From an uncultured Gemmatimonadales bacterium (GTDB lineage: Bacteria; Gemmatimonadota; Gemmatimonadetes; Gemmatimonadales; GWC2-71-9): a stretch of DNA of 64,000 nucleotides. The stretch is taken from contig CAVYSW010000010.1 in the NCBI GenBank assembly GCA_963771275.1, positions 192,001 to 256,000 of the forward strand, given 5' to 3'. Position 1 is the stretch's first letter. The number at the start of each line of letters is the position of its first letter. The position numbers were made by a program, and so were the translations under genes. Below, piece by piece: positions 1 through 9,799 of this stretch. The notes beneath the pieces are model-generated. The model saw nothing but the letters and a program-made list of their open reading frames with translations, was not told where the DNA came from and did no database searches.

Positions 1-734
1 TCTCCCTGGGCAACACGGATTGGTTCATCCGCCAGCTGCGCGACAACCCGGTGCGCCGCTTCGATCCGGCACAGGCCCCCTGGTACGCGCCGCTCGCCCG
101 CGCCGAACCACCGCCCGTGCTCTCCTGGACCGATGCGGAGATCGCGACCCTGTACCCGCAGCGGACGAGCCGCGCGCTGCTGTTCCGGGTGGGGCAGGTC
201 AGCCGGACGATCCCGCGCGACACGCCGCTCTACGTGAAAGACATCCTGATGATGCGGCTGATGCAGGAGAACGCGGGCCGCCGGCCGATCTACTACTCCG
301 TGACGGCGGGAAGCGGAAACTGGCTGGGGTTGCAGCGCTACCTCACGAGCGAGGCGCTGGTGATCCGCGTGAATTTCACTCCTCCCAACTCGAGCCGCCT
401 GGTGTCGGGCAGCGTGCTCGGCATCGCGCTGGACCTGCCGCGGACGGACTCCCTGGTGAACCACGTGTACCGCTATGCGGGGCTGTTTCAGCGCGACACG
501 CTTGCGCTCGACCCCACCAACCGCACGATTGCGAGCAACCTGAGCCTGCCGTTCCTGGCCCTGGGCGAGGCCTACGAGGTGCGCGGCGACCGCGCGCGCA
601 GCGTGGAGAATCTGCGCAAGGCCTACCACCTGTCGCCGACGCCCGATCTCGGGGCGGTGATCGAGGCGCTGGCGCAGCCGTTCCCGCCGCTGCCGCCCGG
701 CGGGGACACGGCGGTGGGAGATTCGCGGCACTGA
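1..734 (+). CDS. DUF2723-family membrane protein (putative glycosyltransferase-like), C-terminal part; 5' end outside window
   Basis: Frame is open from position 3 and reads SLGNTDWFIRQL, resembling the conserved 'SLLNTDWY.RQL' segment of DUF2723 proteins; later RPIYYSVT; stop at 734. Confidence 0.6.
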   Translation, partial: SLGNTDWFIRQLRDNPVRRFDPAQAPWYAPLARAEPPPVLSWTDAEIATLYPQRTSRALLFRVGQVSRTIPRDTPLYVKDILMMRLMQENAGRRPIYYSVTAGSGNWLGLQRYLTSEALVIRVNFTPPNSSRLVSGSVLGIALDLPRTDSLVNHVYRYAGLFQRDTLALDPTNRTIASNLSLPFLALGEAYEVRGDRARSVENLRKAYHLSPTPDLGAVIEALAQPFPPLPPGGDTAVGDSRH

Positions 735-741
735 AGCCCGC

Positions 742-770
742 TTGTAGGCCCGTCTAAGTGTCGGTACCTT
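742..770 (+). promoter_or_regulatory. Putative sigma70 promoter for the yggS operon (near-leaderless)
   Basis: TTGTAG(742-747)-17 nt-TACCTT(765-770); ATG lies 8 nt downstream with no strong Shine-Dalgarno. Confidence 0.5.
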
Positions 771-778
771 AACAGGCT

Positions 779-1465
779 ATGTCGTACGAGACCCTCCCGG
801 AGAACCTGGCGCGGGTGCGGGAGGCCATCGCGCAGGTACAGGCCAACGAAGGCGTGCGGCAGAACGTCGCGGTGGTCGCCGTGACCAAGGCGCACGGCCC
901 GGCGGCGGTCGAAGCGGCCTGGCGGGCGGGCATCACGGACGTGGGAGAGAATCGCGTCCAGGAGGCCCTCGCCAAGCAGGAGGCGCTGGCCCTGCCGGTG
1001 CGGTGGCACCTGATCGGGCACCTCCAGACCAACAAGGCCAAGCTGGTCGGGGCGCGGTTTGCCGTGGTGCATTCGCTCGATTCCGCGCGGGTAGGGGAGG
1101 CGGTCAGCGAGGCGGCGCAGCGGGCCGGGACGCGTCTGCGGGCGCTGCTCCAGGTGAACATCGCGGGGGAGGAACAGAAGAGCGGGTGCGATCCGGCCGC
1201 TGCCGAGTCGCTGGTGGACGCGATGGGGAGTCTGGCCGGCATCGAGCTGATCGGGTTGATGACCATGGCACCGTTCACGGACGACGAGGGGGTGCAACGC
1301 CGGGTGTTCGCCGCGTTGCGCGAGCTGCGTGATCGCCTCGCGGCGCCCGCGCGGCCGCTGGCGGACCTCTCGATGGGGATGAGCGGTGATTTCCGGGCCG
1401 CGGTCGCAGAGGGAGCGACGCTGCTGCGGCTTGGCACGGTGCTGTTCGGGGAGCGAGCCACATGA
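779..1465 (+). CDS. yggS: PLP homeostasis protein YggS/PROSC
   Basis: Motifs VAVTK, GENRVQE, WHLIGHLQTNK, GLMTM, LSMGMSGD, RLGT.LFG. Confidence 0.95.
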   Translation: MSYETLPENLARVREAIAQVQANEGVRQNVAVVAVTKAHGPAAVEAAWRAGITDVGENRVQEALAKQEALALPVRWHLIGHLQTNKAKLVGARFAVVHSLDSARVGEAVSEAAQRAGTRLRALLQVNIAGEEQKSGCDPAAAESLVDAMGSLAGIELIGLMTMAPFTDDEGVQRRVFAALRELRDRLAAPARPLADLSMGMSGDFRAAVAEGATLLRLGTVLFGERAT

Positions 1466-1953
1466 ACGATGAGTTTCGCCTCACGCCGGTGGACGTGCGG
1501 GCACAGGAGTTCCGCCGGGCGGCGTTCGGCTACGAGCGGACGGCCGTCGAGGATCTTCGGGGGCGCGTCGCGGATGAGATCGAGCGGTTGCTGCGGGAGC
1601 GGGCGACGCTCGAAGAGCGGGTGCACACGCTGCGCGAGCAGCTCAAGGCGTTCCGCGAGCGCGAGAAGGCGCTGAACGACGCGCTGGTCGCGGCGCAGCA
1701 GCTTCGTGCCAGCACGGAGGCCGTGGCGCGGCAGGAAGCGGAGTTGCTCCTGCGGGAGGCGCGGGCCCAGAGCGACGCCCTGCTCGCCGAGGCGCGCAAT
1801 GCGGAGCGCGATGTGCGACGGGACACCGAGGAGGCGCATCGCCACTTCTCGGCGTACCTGGTGGCCTACCGCGCGTTGCTCGACCGCTCCCTGGCCGACG
1901 TGGAGGCGCTCGCCGCGCACGCGCGGGCCGCGGCGTCGCCGGCGCGGCCGTGA
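1462..1953 (+). CDS. divIVA: DivIVA domain coiled-coil protein
   Basis: N-terminal LTPVDVRAQEFRRAAFGY DivIVA signature followed by a coiled coil; ATGA overlap with yggS. Confidence 0.88.
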   Translation: MNDEFRLTPVDVRAQEFRRAAFGYERTAVEDLRGRVADEIERLLRERATLEERVHTLREQLKAFREREKALNDALVAAQQLRASTEAVARQEAELLLREARAQSDALLAEARNAERDVRRDTEEAHRHFSAYLVAYRALLDRSLADVEALAAHARAAASPARP

Positions 1954-1975
1954 ACGCCTGACTCGACCGCACGGC

Positions 1976-4900
1976 ATGGCCTTCGATCCGCTGCACTACG
2001 CGAGCGCCGACGCGCTCGAGCGCGACCTGCTCGCGATGTGGGAGCGGGAAGGGCTGTTCCGCCAGACCCTGCGGGCCACGCAGGACGGGGAGCCGTTCGT
2101 GTTCTACGAGGGGCCGCCGACGGCCAACGGGCGACCGGGCATCCACCACGTCTTCGCCCGCACGATCAAGGACCTCGTGTGTCGCTACCAGACGATGTGC
2201 GGCCGGCAGGTGACGCGGATCGCCGGGTGGGACACGCACGGGCTGCCGGTGGAGATCGAGGTCGAGAAGGCGCTCGGCGTCTCCGGGAAGGCGGACATCG
2301 AGGCGCTCGGCGTTGCGGAATTCAATCGCCGCTGCCGGGAGAGCGTCTTCCGGTACAAGGCGGACTGGGAACAGCTCTCCGCCCGCATCGGATACTGGCT
2401 CGAGTACGACCGGGCCTACGTCACCTACACGAACGACTACGTGGAGTCGGTGTGGTGGTTGCTCAAGCGGTTCCACGAGCGGGATCTGCTGTTCGAGGGG
2501 CACAAGGTGCTGCCCTATTGCCCCCGGTGCGGCACGGTGCTGTCGAGCCACGAGCTCGCTCTGGGGTACGCGACGCACCGCAGCCCCTCCATCTACGTGC
2601 TGTTCCGGCTCGTAGAGCCGGCCGCCGACGGCCGGCCGCGCCATCTGCTCGTCTGGACGACGACGCCCTGGACCCTGCCGTCCAACGTGGCGGTGGCGGT
2701 GCACCCCGACCTGCACTACGTCGAGCTGGATGTCGACGGGCGCCGCGTCATCGTCGAGCGGGGCATCGCCGAGAGCAAGGCGATTCCCGGTGCCACGCAC
2801 GGCAAGGCACTCGGGGAGTTCCCGCGGCTGGGCGAGTGGGAAGGGCGCGAGCTGGTGGGCCGGCGATACCGGCAGCTGCTCGACGCCGTGCCCGTCGACG
2901 CCGATCACGCGTTCCGGGTGATTCCGGGCGACTTCGTGACCAGCGACGAGGGGACGGGGCTGGTGCATCTCGCACCGGCATTCGGGGCGGACGACTACGC
3001 CGCCGCGCAGCGCGAGGGAATCGCGTTCGTCAATCCGGTGGACGCCTCCGGGCGCTTTCAGGACACGCGGTGGAGCGCGATCAACGGCAGGACCGTCTTC
3101 GAGGCGAATCCCCTGGTCGCGGCGCGGCTGGCGGACGAGGGATCGCTGTTCGGGCGGTACGAGGCCGAGGGCTACGAGCACAGCTACCCGTTCTGCTGGC
3201 GCTGCGACTCGCCGCTGATCTACTACGCGCGGCGCTCGTGGTTCATCCGGACGACTGCGGTGCGTGACCGGATGCTCGCGATCAACGCCGCCGTGCGCTG
3301 GGTCCCGCCCGAAGTCGGCGTGGGCCGGTTCGGCGAGTGGCTCGAGAACAACATCGACTGGGCGCTGTCGCGCGACCGGTACTGGGGCACGCCGCTGCCG
3401 GTGTGGCGCTGTGAGACGGATGCGTCGCACGTGGTGGTGGTGGGCTCGTACGCCGAGCTCGCGGCCCTGACCGGGGCGCCGCTCGGCCCGGACTTCGATC
3501 CGCACAAGCCGTTCGTCGACGACATCGTCGCCCGCTGCCCGAGCTGCAGCGGCGTCATGCGGCGGGTGCCGGAGGTGATTGACGCGTGGTTCGATTCGGG
3601 AGCCATGCCCTACGGACAGTGGCACTACCCGTTCGCGCACCAGGCCGAGTTCGCGCGGCACTTCCCCGCCGACTTCATCTGCGAGGGACTCGATCAGACG
3701 CGCGGCTGGTTCTACTCCCTGCTCGCGATCGCCGCCGGCGCGTTCGACGGCCCGGCGTACCGCAACGTGATCGTCACCGGGCTGGTGCTCGACGCGGAGG
3801 GGCGGAAGATGTCCAAGCGCGTCGGCAACGTCGTGGACCCGTGGCAGGCGGTCGCGGAGCACGGCGCCGACACGGTGCGGCTCTACCTGCTCGCGTCGAG
3901 TCAGGTGTGGTTGCCGAAGCGGTTCGACGCGACGTCTATCACGGAGGTGGCGGGCGCGTCGCTGCACCGGCTGCGGAACTCGTACGGCTTCTTCTGTCTG
4001 TACGCGGAGGGGTGGACGGCGGCCTCCGCGCCACCGCCGGAGGTCCGTCCGCCGGTCGATCGCTGGTTGCTCGATCGTCTCGACCGGCTGGTCGCCGACG
4101 TGCGCAGCGCGTGGGATGGCTTCGACGTCACGGGCGGGGTGCGGGCGCTGCTCGACTTCTGTGACAACGATCTCTCCAACTGGTACGTGCGGACCAATCG
4201 GGGGCGGTTCTGGGCACCGGACGCCCAGGCGGACCCGGCGGCGCTGGCGACCCTGTACGACGCCCTGGTCGTCGTGGCGCGTCTGCTCGCACCCGCCGCG
4301 CCGTTCCTGAGCGACGCGATCCACCGCCGGCTCACGGGCCGCTCGGTGCACCTCGAGCGCATGCCCGCGGCGCGCGGCGGCGGCGACGCGGCCCTGGCGG
4401 CGGCGATGGATGCGGTCCGGCGCCTCGCGACGCTGGCGCGCGCGGCGCGCGATGCGGCGGGGCTGCGGGTGCGTCAGCCGTTGACCGGGATGCGCGTCGC
4501 GGTGCCGGCGGCGGCGCGCGGGGACGCGTTCCACCGGCTGCTCGGCGTGCTGGCGGCGGAGGTGAACGTCAAGACGGTCGCCCTGGCGGCGGACGCCGAG
4601 CTGGTGCGCCTGCGCGGCAAGCCGAACTACCGCAGCCTCGGCAAGATCTACGGCAAGGACACGCCGCGGGCGGCGCAGCTGGCGGCGGCGCTGACGACCG
4701 AGCAGCTCCAGGCGCTGGAGGCCGGCAACGACGTGGTCGTGGAGGCCGACGGGCGGCCGGTCCGCTTCCGGCCGGAGGATGTCGTCGTGGAGCGGGACGT
4801 CGCCACCGACTGGCTGGTCCAGAGCGACGGGCCGTTCGTCGTCGCGCTCGACCCCCGCCTCACGCCGGCGTTGCGCCAGGAGGGACTGGCGCGCGAGGTG

Positions 4901-5170
4901 GTCAACCGGGTCCAGCGGCTCCGCAAGGAGGCTGGGTACGAATACATCACCCGCATTACTTTAAGTGTTTCCGGTGACGGCGAGGTGCTCGCCTCGGCGG
5001 GGGCGTTCGAGGACTTCATCGCCGGGGAGACGCTGGCCCGGCGCGTGGAGCTCGGCGCCGAGCTCGGCGATCCGGACGTGCGGGAGGAGGCCGAGATCGA
5101 CGGGCGGCGCGTCGTCATCGCCGTGAGGCGACACGACCAGGGCGGCTCGACGCACGGGGCGTCGGCCTGA
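1976..5170 (+). CDS. ileS: Isoleucyl-tRNA synthetase, type 2 (IleRS2)
   Basis: EGPPTANG.PGIHH, GWDTHGLP, WTTTPWTLP, GTGLVH, DW.LSR.RYWGTP, DQTRGWF, KMSK; long C-terminal extension typical of IleRS2. Start placed at ATG 1976. Confidence 0.96.
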   Translation: MAFDPLHYASADALERDLLAMWEREGLFRQTLRATQDGEPFVFYEGPPTANGRPGIHHVFARTIKDLVCRYQTMCGRQVTRIAGWDTHGLPVEIEVEKALGVSGKADIEALGVAEFNRRCRESVFRYKADWEQLSARIGYWLEYDRAYVTYTNDYVESVWWLLKRFHERDLLFEGHKVLPYCPRCGTVLSSHELALGYATHRSPSIYVLFRLVEPAADGRPRHLLVWTTTPWTLPSNVAVAVHPDLHYVELDVDGRRVIVERGIAESKAIPGATHGKALGEFPRLGEWEGRELVGRRYRQLLDAVPVDADHAFRVIPGDFVTSDEGTGLVHLAPAFGADDYAAAQREGIAFVNPVDASGRFQDTRWSAINGRTVFEANPLVAARLADEGSLFGRYEAEGYEHSYPFCWRCDSPLIYYARRSWFIRTTAVRDRMLAINAAVRWVPPEVGVGRFGEWLENNIDWALSRDRYWGTPLPVWRCETDASHVVVVGSYAELAALTGAPLGPDFDPHKPFVDDIVARCPSCSGVMRRVPEVIDAWFDSGAMPYGQWHYPFAHQAEFARHFPADFICEGLDQTRGWFYSLLAIAAGAFDGPAYRNVIVTGLVLDAEGRKMSKRVGNVVDPWQAVAEHGADTVRLYLLASSQVWLPKRFDATSITEVAGASLHRLRNSYGFFCLYAEGWTAASAPPPEVRPPVDRWLLDRLDRLVADVRSAWDGFDVTGGVRALLDFCDNDLSNWYVRTNRGRFWAPDAQADPAALATLYDALVVVARLLAPAAPFLSDAIHRRLTGRSVHLERMPAARGGGDAALAAAMDAVRRLATLARAARDAAGLRVRQPLTGMRVAVPAAARGDAFHRLLGVLAAEVNVKTVALAADAELVRLRGKPNYRSLGKIYGKDTPRAAQLAAALTTEQLQALEAGNDVVVEADGRPVRFRPEDVVVERDVATDWLVQSDGPFVVALDPRLTPALRQEGLAREVVNRVQRLRKEAGYEYITRITLSVSGDGEVLASAGAFEDFIAGETLARRVELGAELGDPDVREEAEIDGRRVVIAVRRHDQGGSTHGASA

Positions 5171-5189
5171 CTTCAGACGGAAGCGCGAC

Positions 5190-5576
5190 ATGAACAAGAA
5201 GCAGCTGGCACATCTCGAGAAGCGGCTCCTGGAAGAACGCGCTCGTGTCACCAAGGAGCTGGGGATTCACGGGAAGTCGTTTTCCGGGACCCTGCAGGAT
5301 TCCGACGGCGACCTGTCGTCCTACTCGTTCCACATGGCGGACCAGGGAACGGACGCGATGGAGCGCGAGAAGGAGTTCCTGTTCGCGTCCAAGGAGGGCC
5401 GCTACCTGTGGCACGTCAACGAGGCGCTGCGACGCCTGTATCAGTCGCCCGAGACGTTCGGGCAGTGCCAGGAGTGCGGCGAGGAGATCAGCTTCGAGCG
5501 CCTCGACGCGCTGCCCCACGCGCGCCTCTGCATCAAGTGCAAGGCGAAGGAAGAGGACAGTGACAAGCGGCGCTAG
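5190..5576 (+). CDS. TraR/DksA-family C4 zinc-finger protein (YlyA/YteA-like)
   Basis: Coiled coil with HMADQGTD, then C-x2-C-x17-C-x2-C (CQEC...ERL.ALP.A.LCIKC). Confidence 0.88.
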   Translation: MNKKQLAHLEKRLLEERARVTKELGIHGKSFSGTLQDSDGDLSSYSFHMADQGTDAMEREKEFLFASKEGRYLWHVNEALRRLYQSPETFGQCQECGEEISFERLDALPHARLCIKCKAKEEDSDKRR

Positions 5577-6081
5577 GCGAGGCCTGTTTTGGGGAGTGCT
5601 GCTCGGGGTCGTCGTCCTGGACTTCATCACGAAGCGGGCCGCGGTCGCGACGCTGGGGCGTGTCCCGGTGCGGCTGCTCGGCGACTGGCTCACGCTGCGA
5701 CTGGTGTACAATCCCGGAGCCGCGTTCGGCATCCACGTCGGCGCCTACTCGCGCTGGGTCTTCACGGTCCTCGCGCTCGCGGCCCTGGTGGTGCTGGGGA
5801 GCATGGTGCGCCAGACGCGGGCGGCGCAGCGGATCCGGCTGTTCGCGCTCGCGCTGGTGTGCGGCGGCGCGGTCGGCAACCTGCTCGACCGCCTGCGGGG
5901 GGGACGCGGCGTCGTGGACTTCATCGATGTGTGGATCGGCTCGTTTCACTGGCCGACGTTCAACGTGGCCGACATGGCCGTAAGCTGCGGCGCCGTGGCC
6001 CTCGCGCTGGTGCTGTGGCACGAAGGGAGGAACGGTGAGCGGGCCGCTCCGCAGGCCGACGCCGCCGAGCTCTCCCCCTGA
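5560..6081 (+). CDS. lspA: Lipoprotein signal peptidase (SPase II)
   Basis: LDFITK, YNPGAAFG, GGAVGNLLDR, VVDFID, WPTFNVAD; probable GTG start at 5560. Confidence 0.95.
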   Translation: MTSGARRGLFWGVLLGVVVLDFITKRAAVATLGRVPVRLLGDWLTLRLVYNPGAAFGIHVGAYSRWVFTVLALAALVVLGSMVRQTRAAQRIRLFALALVCGGAVGNLLDRLRGGRGVVDFIDVWIGSFHWPTFNVADMAVSCGAVALALVLWHEGRNGERAAPQADAAELSP

Positions 6082-7096
6082 TGTCGCCGGTCCGTCGGGG
6101 TGGACCGTGACATTCCAGGTCGCGGCGTCCGCCACCGAACGGCTCGACCGCTTCCTCGCCGACCAACTGTGCCTCCCGCGCACCCAAGCGGGACGGCTGA
6201 TCGCCGCCGGCGCCGTGACGGTCAACGGCGTGCCGGGCCGGGCCGGGCGGCCGCTCGCACGCGCCGATCTCGTGGAGGTCCAGCTCGGTGCGCCGGGCCC
6301 GCCGGCCCGCCCGCTCGTGCCGCATCCCATTCCCCTCGCGATCGTGTTCGAGGATGCCCAGCTGCTCGTGCTCGACAAACCCGCCGGGCTCGTTGTCCAC
6401 CCCGCGCCCGGTCACTGGGAGGGAACCCTCGTCCACGCGCTGGTGGCCCACGGGGTTCCGCTCGCCGTCGGCGCGCGGGAACGTCCCGGCATCGTGCATC
6501 GTCTCGACCGGGACACGTCGGGGCTGATGATCGTCGCCAAGACGGACGAGGCGCATCGACGCCTCGCCAAGGCCATCGCGCTGCGCCGGGTGGAGCGGCA
6601 CTACGCCGCCCTGATCTGGGGGCACATCGACCGGCCGCTGGATATCGACGCGCCGCTTGCGCGCCACCCGGTGGATCGCAAGCGCATGGCCGTCGTGGCC
6701 ACCGGGCGCCCCGCGCGGAGCCGGGTGGAGCCGGTTGCGCGGTTCGCCATGGGCGACCTCGTGCGCGTCCGGCTCGGCACCGGCCGCACGCACCAGATTC
6801 GCGTGCATCTCGCCCACGTGGGCCATCCGGTCGTCGGGGATCCGACGTACGGGGGGGGCGGCAGCCGGCGGGTTTCCGGCCCGGCGCGCCGGGCCGCGGA
6901 GGCGCTGGAGCGGGCGACACCGCGCCAGGCGCTCCACGCGGCGCGCCTGGCGTTCGCGCACCCGGACACGCGGGCCTGGCTCGAGTTCCGGGCGGAGTGG
7001 CCCGCGGATCTGCGGGCCGCGCTGGCGGCCGCCGCAGAGGATCCGGACATGCTTGCTCGGTCTTCTCCGCTGGACTATCTTGGCTTCTTTAAATAA
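6035..7096 (+). CDS. rluD: RluA/RluD-family pseudouridine synthase (start may be GTG 6107)
   Basis: S4-like RLDRFLA, KPAGLVVHP, GIVHRLDRDTSG, TGRTHQIRVH, QALHA. Confidence 0.9.
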   Translation: MSGPLRRPTPPSSPPDVAGPSGWTVTFQVAASATERLDRFLADQLCLPRTQAGRLIAAGAVTVNGVPGRAGRPLARADLVEVQLGAPGPPARPLVPHPIPLAIVFEDAQLLVLDKPAGLVVHPAPGHWEGTLVHALVAHGVPLAVGARERPGIVHRLDRDTSGLMIVAKTDEAHRRLAKAIALRRVERHYAALIWGHIDRPLDIDAPLARHPVDRKRMAVVATGRPARSRVEPVARFAMGDLVRVRLGTGRTHQIRVHLAHVGHPVVGDPTYGGGGSRRVSGPARRAAEALERATPRQALHAARLAFAHPDTRAWLEFRAEWPADLRAALAAAAEDPDMLARSSPLDYLGFFK

Positions 7097-7097
7097 G

Positions 7098-7529
7098 ATG
7101 GCCGACTTCGCGGCGCGTCTCCTGCTGGTCCGCGTAGACGACATGGTGTGCGCCGCCGAGGCGGCTGCCGTGCGCGAGATCCTGCCGATGCAGCGGGCGA
7201 CCAGAATCCCCGGGGCACCGCCGGCCGTCGCAGGGTTGATCAATGTACGCGGCGAGCTCGTCTCGCTGATCGACGGGGCGAGGCTGTTGGGTCGCGCGGC
7301 ACCCGAAGCCACCGGCGCGGTGGTACTGATGCGCTGGCGCGACACCGCGGTCGCCCTGACCGTGGACGAGGTGCTCGATCTCGTGCCGGTGCCGGCAACG
7401 GATCTGGCGGCGCGCGAGACGCTGGTGGGGATCGATCCGGCGGTCGTCCGAGCGGTGGGGCGCCACGGCGATCGCACGTTCGTCATACTCGACCTCGACG
7501 CCCTGCTGGGGCCGCTGCTGACCGCATAG
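7098..7529 (+). CDS. cheW: Chemosensory adaptor CheW (1 of 3)
   Basis: VREI, TRIPGAP..V.GLINVRGELVSLID, LTVDEV; ATG 1 nt after the rluD stop. Confidence 0.88.
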   Translation: MADFAARLLLVRVDDMVCAAEAAAVREILPMQRATRIPGAPPAVAGLINVRGELVSLIDGARLLGRAAPEATGAVVLMRWRDTAVALTVDEVLDLVPVPATDLAARETLVGIDPAVVRAVGRHGDRTFVILDLDALLGPLLTA

Positions 7530-7537
7530 GAGGACGC

Positions 7538-7900
7538 GTGAGCCACACGGTGCTGGTTTGCGATGATGCCATCTTCATGCGGACCATGATCTCCGATATC
7601 CTCACCCAGGCGGGCTTCGAGGTCGTGGGGGAGGCGGAGACGGGTCTGCAGGCCGTGGAGAAGTACACCCACCTCAAGCCGGATCTCGTGACCATGGACA
7701 TCGTGATGCCTGACATGGGGGGCATCGACGCGGTTCGCGAGATCGTCAAGGCCGATCCGGCCGCCCGGATTCTGATGTGCAGCGCGATGGGGCAGCAGGC
7801 GCTGGTGGTCGAGGCGATTCAGGCCGGCGCCAAGGATTTCGTCGTCAAGCCGTTCCAGCCGTCGCGCGTCCTGGAGGCCGTCCAGCGGGTCCTGGGGTAG
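7538..7900 (+). CDS. cheY: Single-domain response regulator CheY
   Basis: AGGAGG SD; VCDDAIFMR, DLVTMDIVMP.MGG, CSAMGQQ..V.EAI.AGAKDFVVKPF (Bacillus/Thermotoga-type CheY). Confidence 0.93.
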   Translation: MSHTVLVCDDAIFMRTMISDILTQAGFEVVGEAETGLQAVEKYTHLKPDLVTMDIVMPDMGGIDAVREIVKADPAARILMCSAMGQQALVVEAIQAGAKDFVVKPFQPSRVLEAVQRVLG

Positions 7901-7903
7901 GGC

Positions 7904-9766
7904 ATGGATCTGTCCCAGTACGCCGAGCTGTTCCGGTCCGAGACCCGGGACCATCTCAACACGCTCAACCGGCTGCTCCTGGAATGGGAGCAACGGCCCG
8001 ACCACCCCGAGCCGGTGGCCGGGATCTTCCGCGCGGTCCACACGATCAAGGGGATGGCCGCGACGATGGGGTACGCCCGGGTGGCGGACCTCGCGCACCG
8101 CGCGGAGACCCTGCTGGATCTGCTGCGCCAGTCGCAGCGTCCGGTCGTGGATGCCGAGCTGGAGCTGCTGTTCCGGACGGCGGACGTGCTGGAGGAGCTG
8201 GTCGAGGCGTCGGTGAGTGGGCGCGACGCGACGGTGGACGTGATGCCGCTGCTGGAGGCGCTGCAGGAGGCCGCGCGCGGGCACGAGAAGCCGGAGGAGC
8301 CGGGCCGCGCGCGCCGCCGCATCTCGTTCGTGGCCGCGCCGGTCGGCGTCGGTCGCCGGGTGCTGGTCGTCCTGCGCGCGGATTCCCCGCTCATGGGGGC
8401 GCGCGCGCTGCTCGTGCTCAAGCGCATGGAGCGGCTCGGTCCGGTGATCGGTGTCGAGCCGGCTCCGGCGGCGATCGAGAGCGAGGGGTTCGACGGCCGA
8501 TTCACGTTCCGGGTCGACACGACGGAGGGTGTCGAGCGGATCACGGCCGAGATCCGCTCGGCGGGCGATGTCGAGCAGGTGGAGGTGGATGTGGGGGAGT
8601 CGACCCCCGACGCCGAGCGCGACCCGGGGCGCAGCCGGCATATCCGGGTCGACCTGCGGCGGCTCGACGTGCTGATGAACGTGATCGGCGAGCTGGTGAC
8701 GGCGCGTGGACGACTCGAGCACATCGGCGTTGCCAGGAGCGACCCGGAGTTGGGCGAGAGCGTGGCCGCGGTTTCGGCGCTGACGTCCCGGCTCCAATCG
8801 GAGATCATCCAGGCCCGCATGACGCCGGTCTGGCAGGTGTTCGACCGGTTTCCGCGCCTCGTGCGGGACCTCAGCCGCCAGCTCGGCAAGCAGGTGGTGT
8901 TCCGGGTGGAGGGCAAGGAGATCGAGCTGGACCGCGCGATTCTCGACGAGATCGGCGATCCGCTGGTGCACCTGCTGCGCAACGCGGTGGATCACGGCAT
9001 CGAGACGCCGGAGCGGCGGCTGGCCGCGGGGAAGCCGCCGGAGGGGACCATCGTGCTGGCCGCGCTCCGCGACCGCGGGACGATCGCCATCATGGTGTCG
9101 GACGACGGTCGCGGCATCGACCGGGAGAAGATCCTCGCGGAAGCCAAGCGCCGCGGCGTGGCCGAGGCCGGCGTCGCCGAGCTGACCGACGATCAGCTGC
9201 TCCGGTTGCTGGCCAGCGCGGGGTTCAGCACGGCCCAGCAGGTGTCCGAGGTCTCGGGGCGGGGGGTGGGCGTGGACGTCGTGGTGACGCGGATGCGCGA
9301 GCTCGGGGGCTCCGTCGAGGTCAAGAGCACGCCGGGGGCGGGCACGACCTTCACGCTGCGCCTGCCGCCGACCCTGGCGATCGTGCGGGCGCTGCTCGCG
9401 CGGGTCGGAGCGGAGCGCTACGCCCTGCCGCTCACGCACGTGGCGGAGACCGTCGAGCTTGGCAGCTGGGCGATGACGAGCCTCGACGGGCGGGACGCCC
9501 TGCTCGTGCGCGACGAAGTCTTGCCGCTCGTGCACCTGCGCGAGCTCCTCCAGGTGGATGGCGAGCCGCCGGTCCAGCGTCCGGTGGTGGTCCTGCAGGT
9601 CGGCGACCGGCGCACGGGACTGGTGATCGATCGGATGGAGGGACAGCGGGAAATCGTCGTGAAGGCGTTCGTGCCCCCGCGCGGAACCCTGCGGATCTTC
9701 AGCGGTGCAACAGTGCTCGGGGATGGCGAGCCGGTACTGATCCTGGATGCGGGCGGGCTGGTGTGA
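7904..9766 (+). CDS. cheA: Chemosensory histidine kinase CheA (P1-P2-P3-P4-P5)
   Basis: Hpt FRAVHTIKGMA; dimerisation IRVD..RLD.LMN.IGELV; HLLRNAVDHGIE, DDGRG, GFST, GRGVG; C-terminal CheW-like domain. Confidence 0.96.
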   Translation: MDLSQYAELFRSETRDHLNTLNRLLLEWEQRPDHPEPVAGIFRAVHTIKGMAATMGYARVADLAHRAETLLDLLRQSQRPVVDAELELLFRTADVLEELVEASVSGRDATVDVMPLLEALQEAARGHEKPEEPGRARRRISFVAAPVGVGRRVLVVLRADSPLMGARALLVLKRMERLGPVIGVEPAPAAIESEGFDGRFTFRVDTTEGVERITAEIRSAGDVEQVEVDVGESTPDAERDPGRSRHIRVDLRRLDVLMNVIGELVTARGRLEHIGVARSDPELGESVAAVSALTSRLQSEIIQARMTPVWQVFDRFPRLVRDLSRQLGKQVVFRVEGKEIELDRAILDEIGDPLVHLLRNAVDHGIETPERRLAAGKPPEGTIVLAALRDRGTIAIMVSDDGRGIDREKILAEAKRRGVAEAGVAELTDDQLLRLLASAGFSTAQQVSEVSGRGVGVDVVVTRMRELGGSVEVKSTPGAGTTFTLRLPPTLAIVRALLARVGAERYALPLTHVAETVELGSWAMTSLDGRDALLVRDEVLPLVHLRELLQVDGEPPVQRPVVVLQVGDRRTGLVIDRMEGQREIVVKAFVPPRGTLRIFSGATVLGDGEPVLILDAGGLV

Positions 9767-9799
9767 GGGGCGAGTCCGAGACGCGGGGGAGAGCGGCGC

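Noticed and set aside
1954..1975. T-box riboswitch upstream of ileS
   Set aside because: Only 22 bp separate divIVA and ileS, and no T-box motif is visible.
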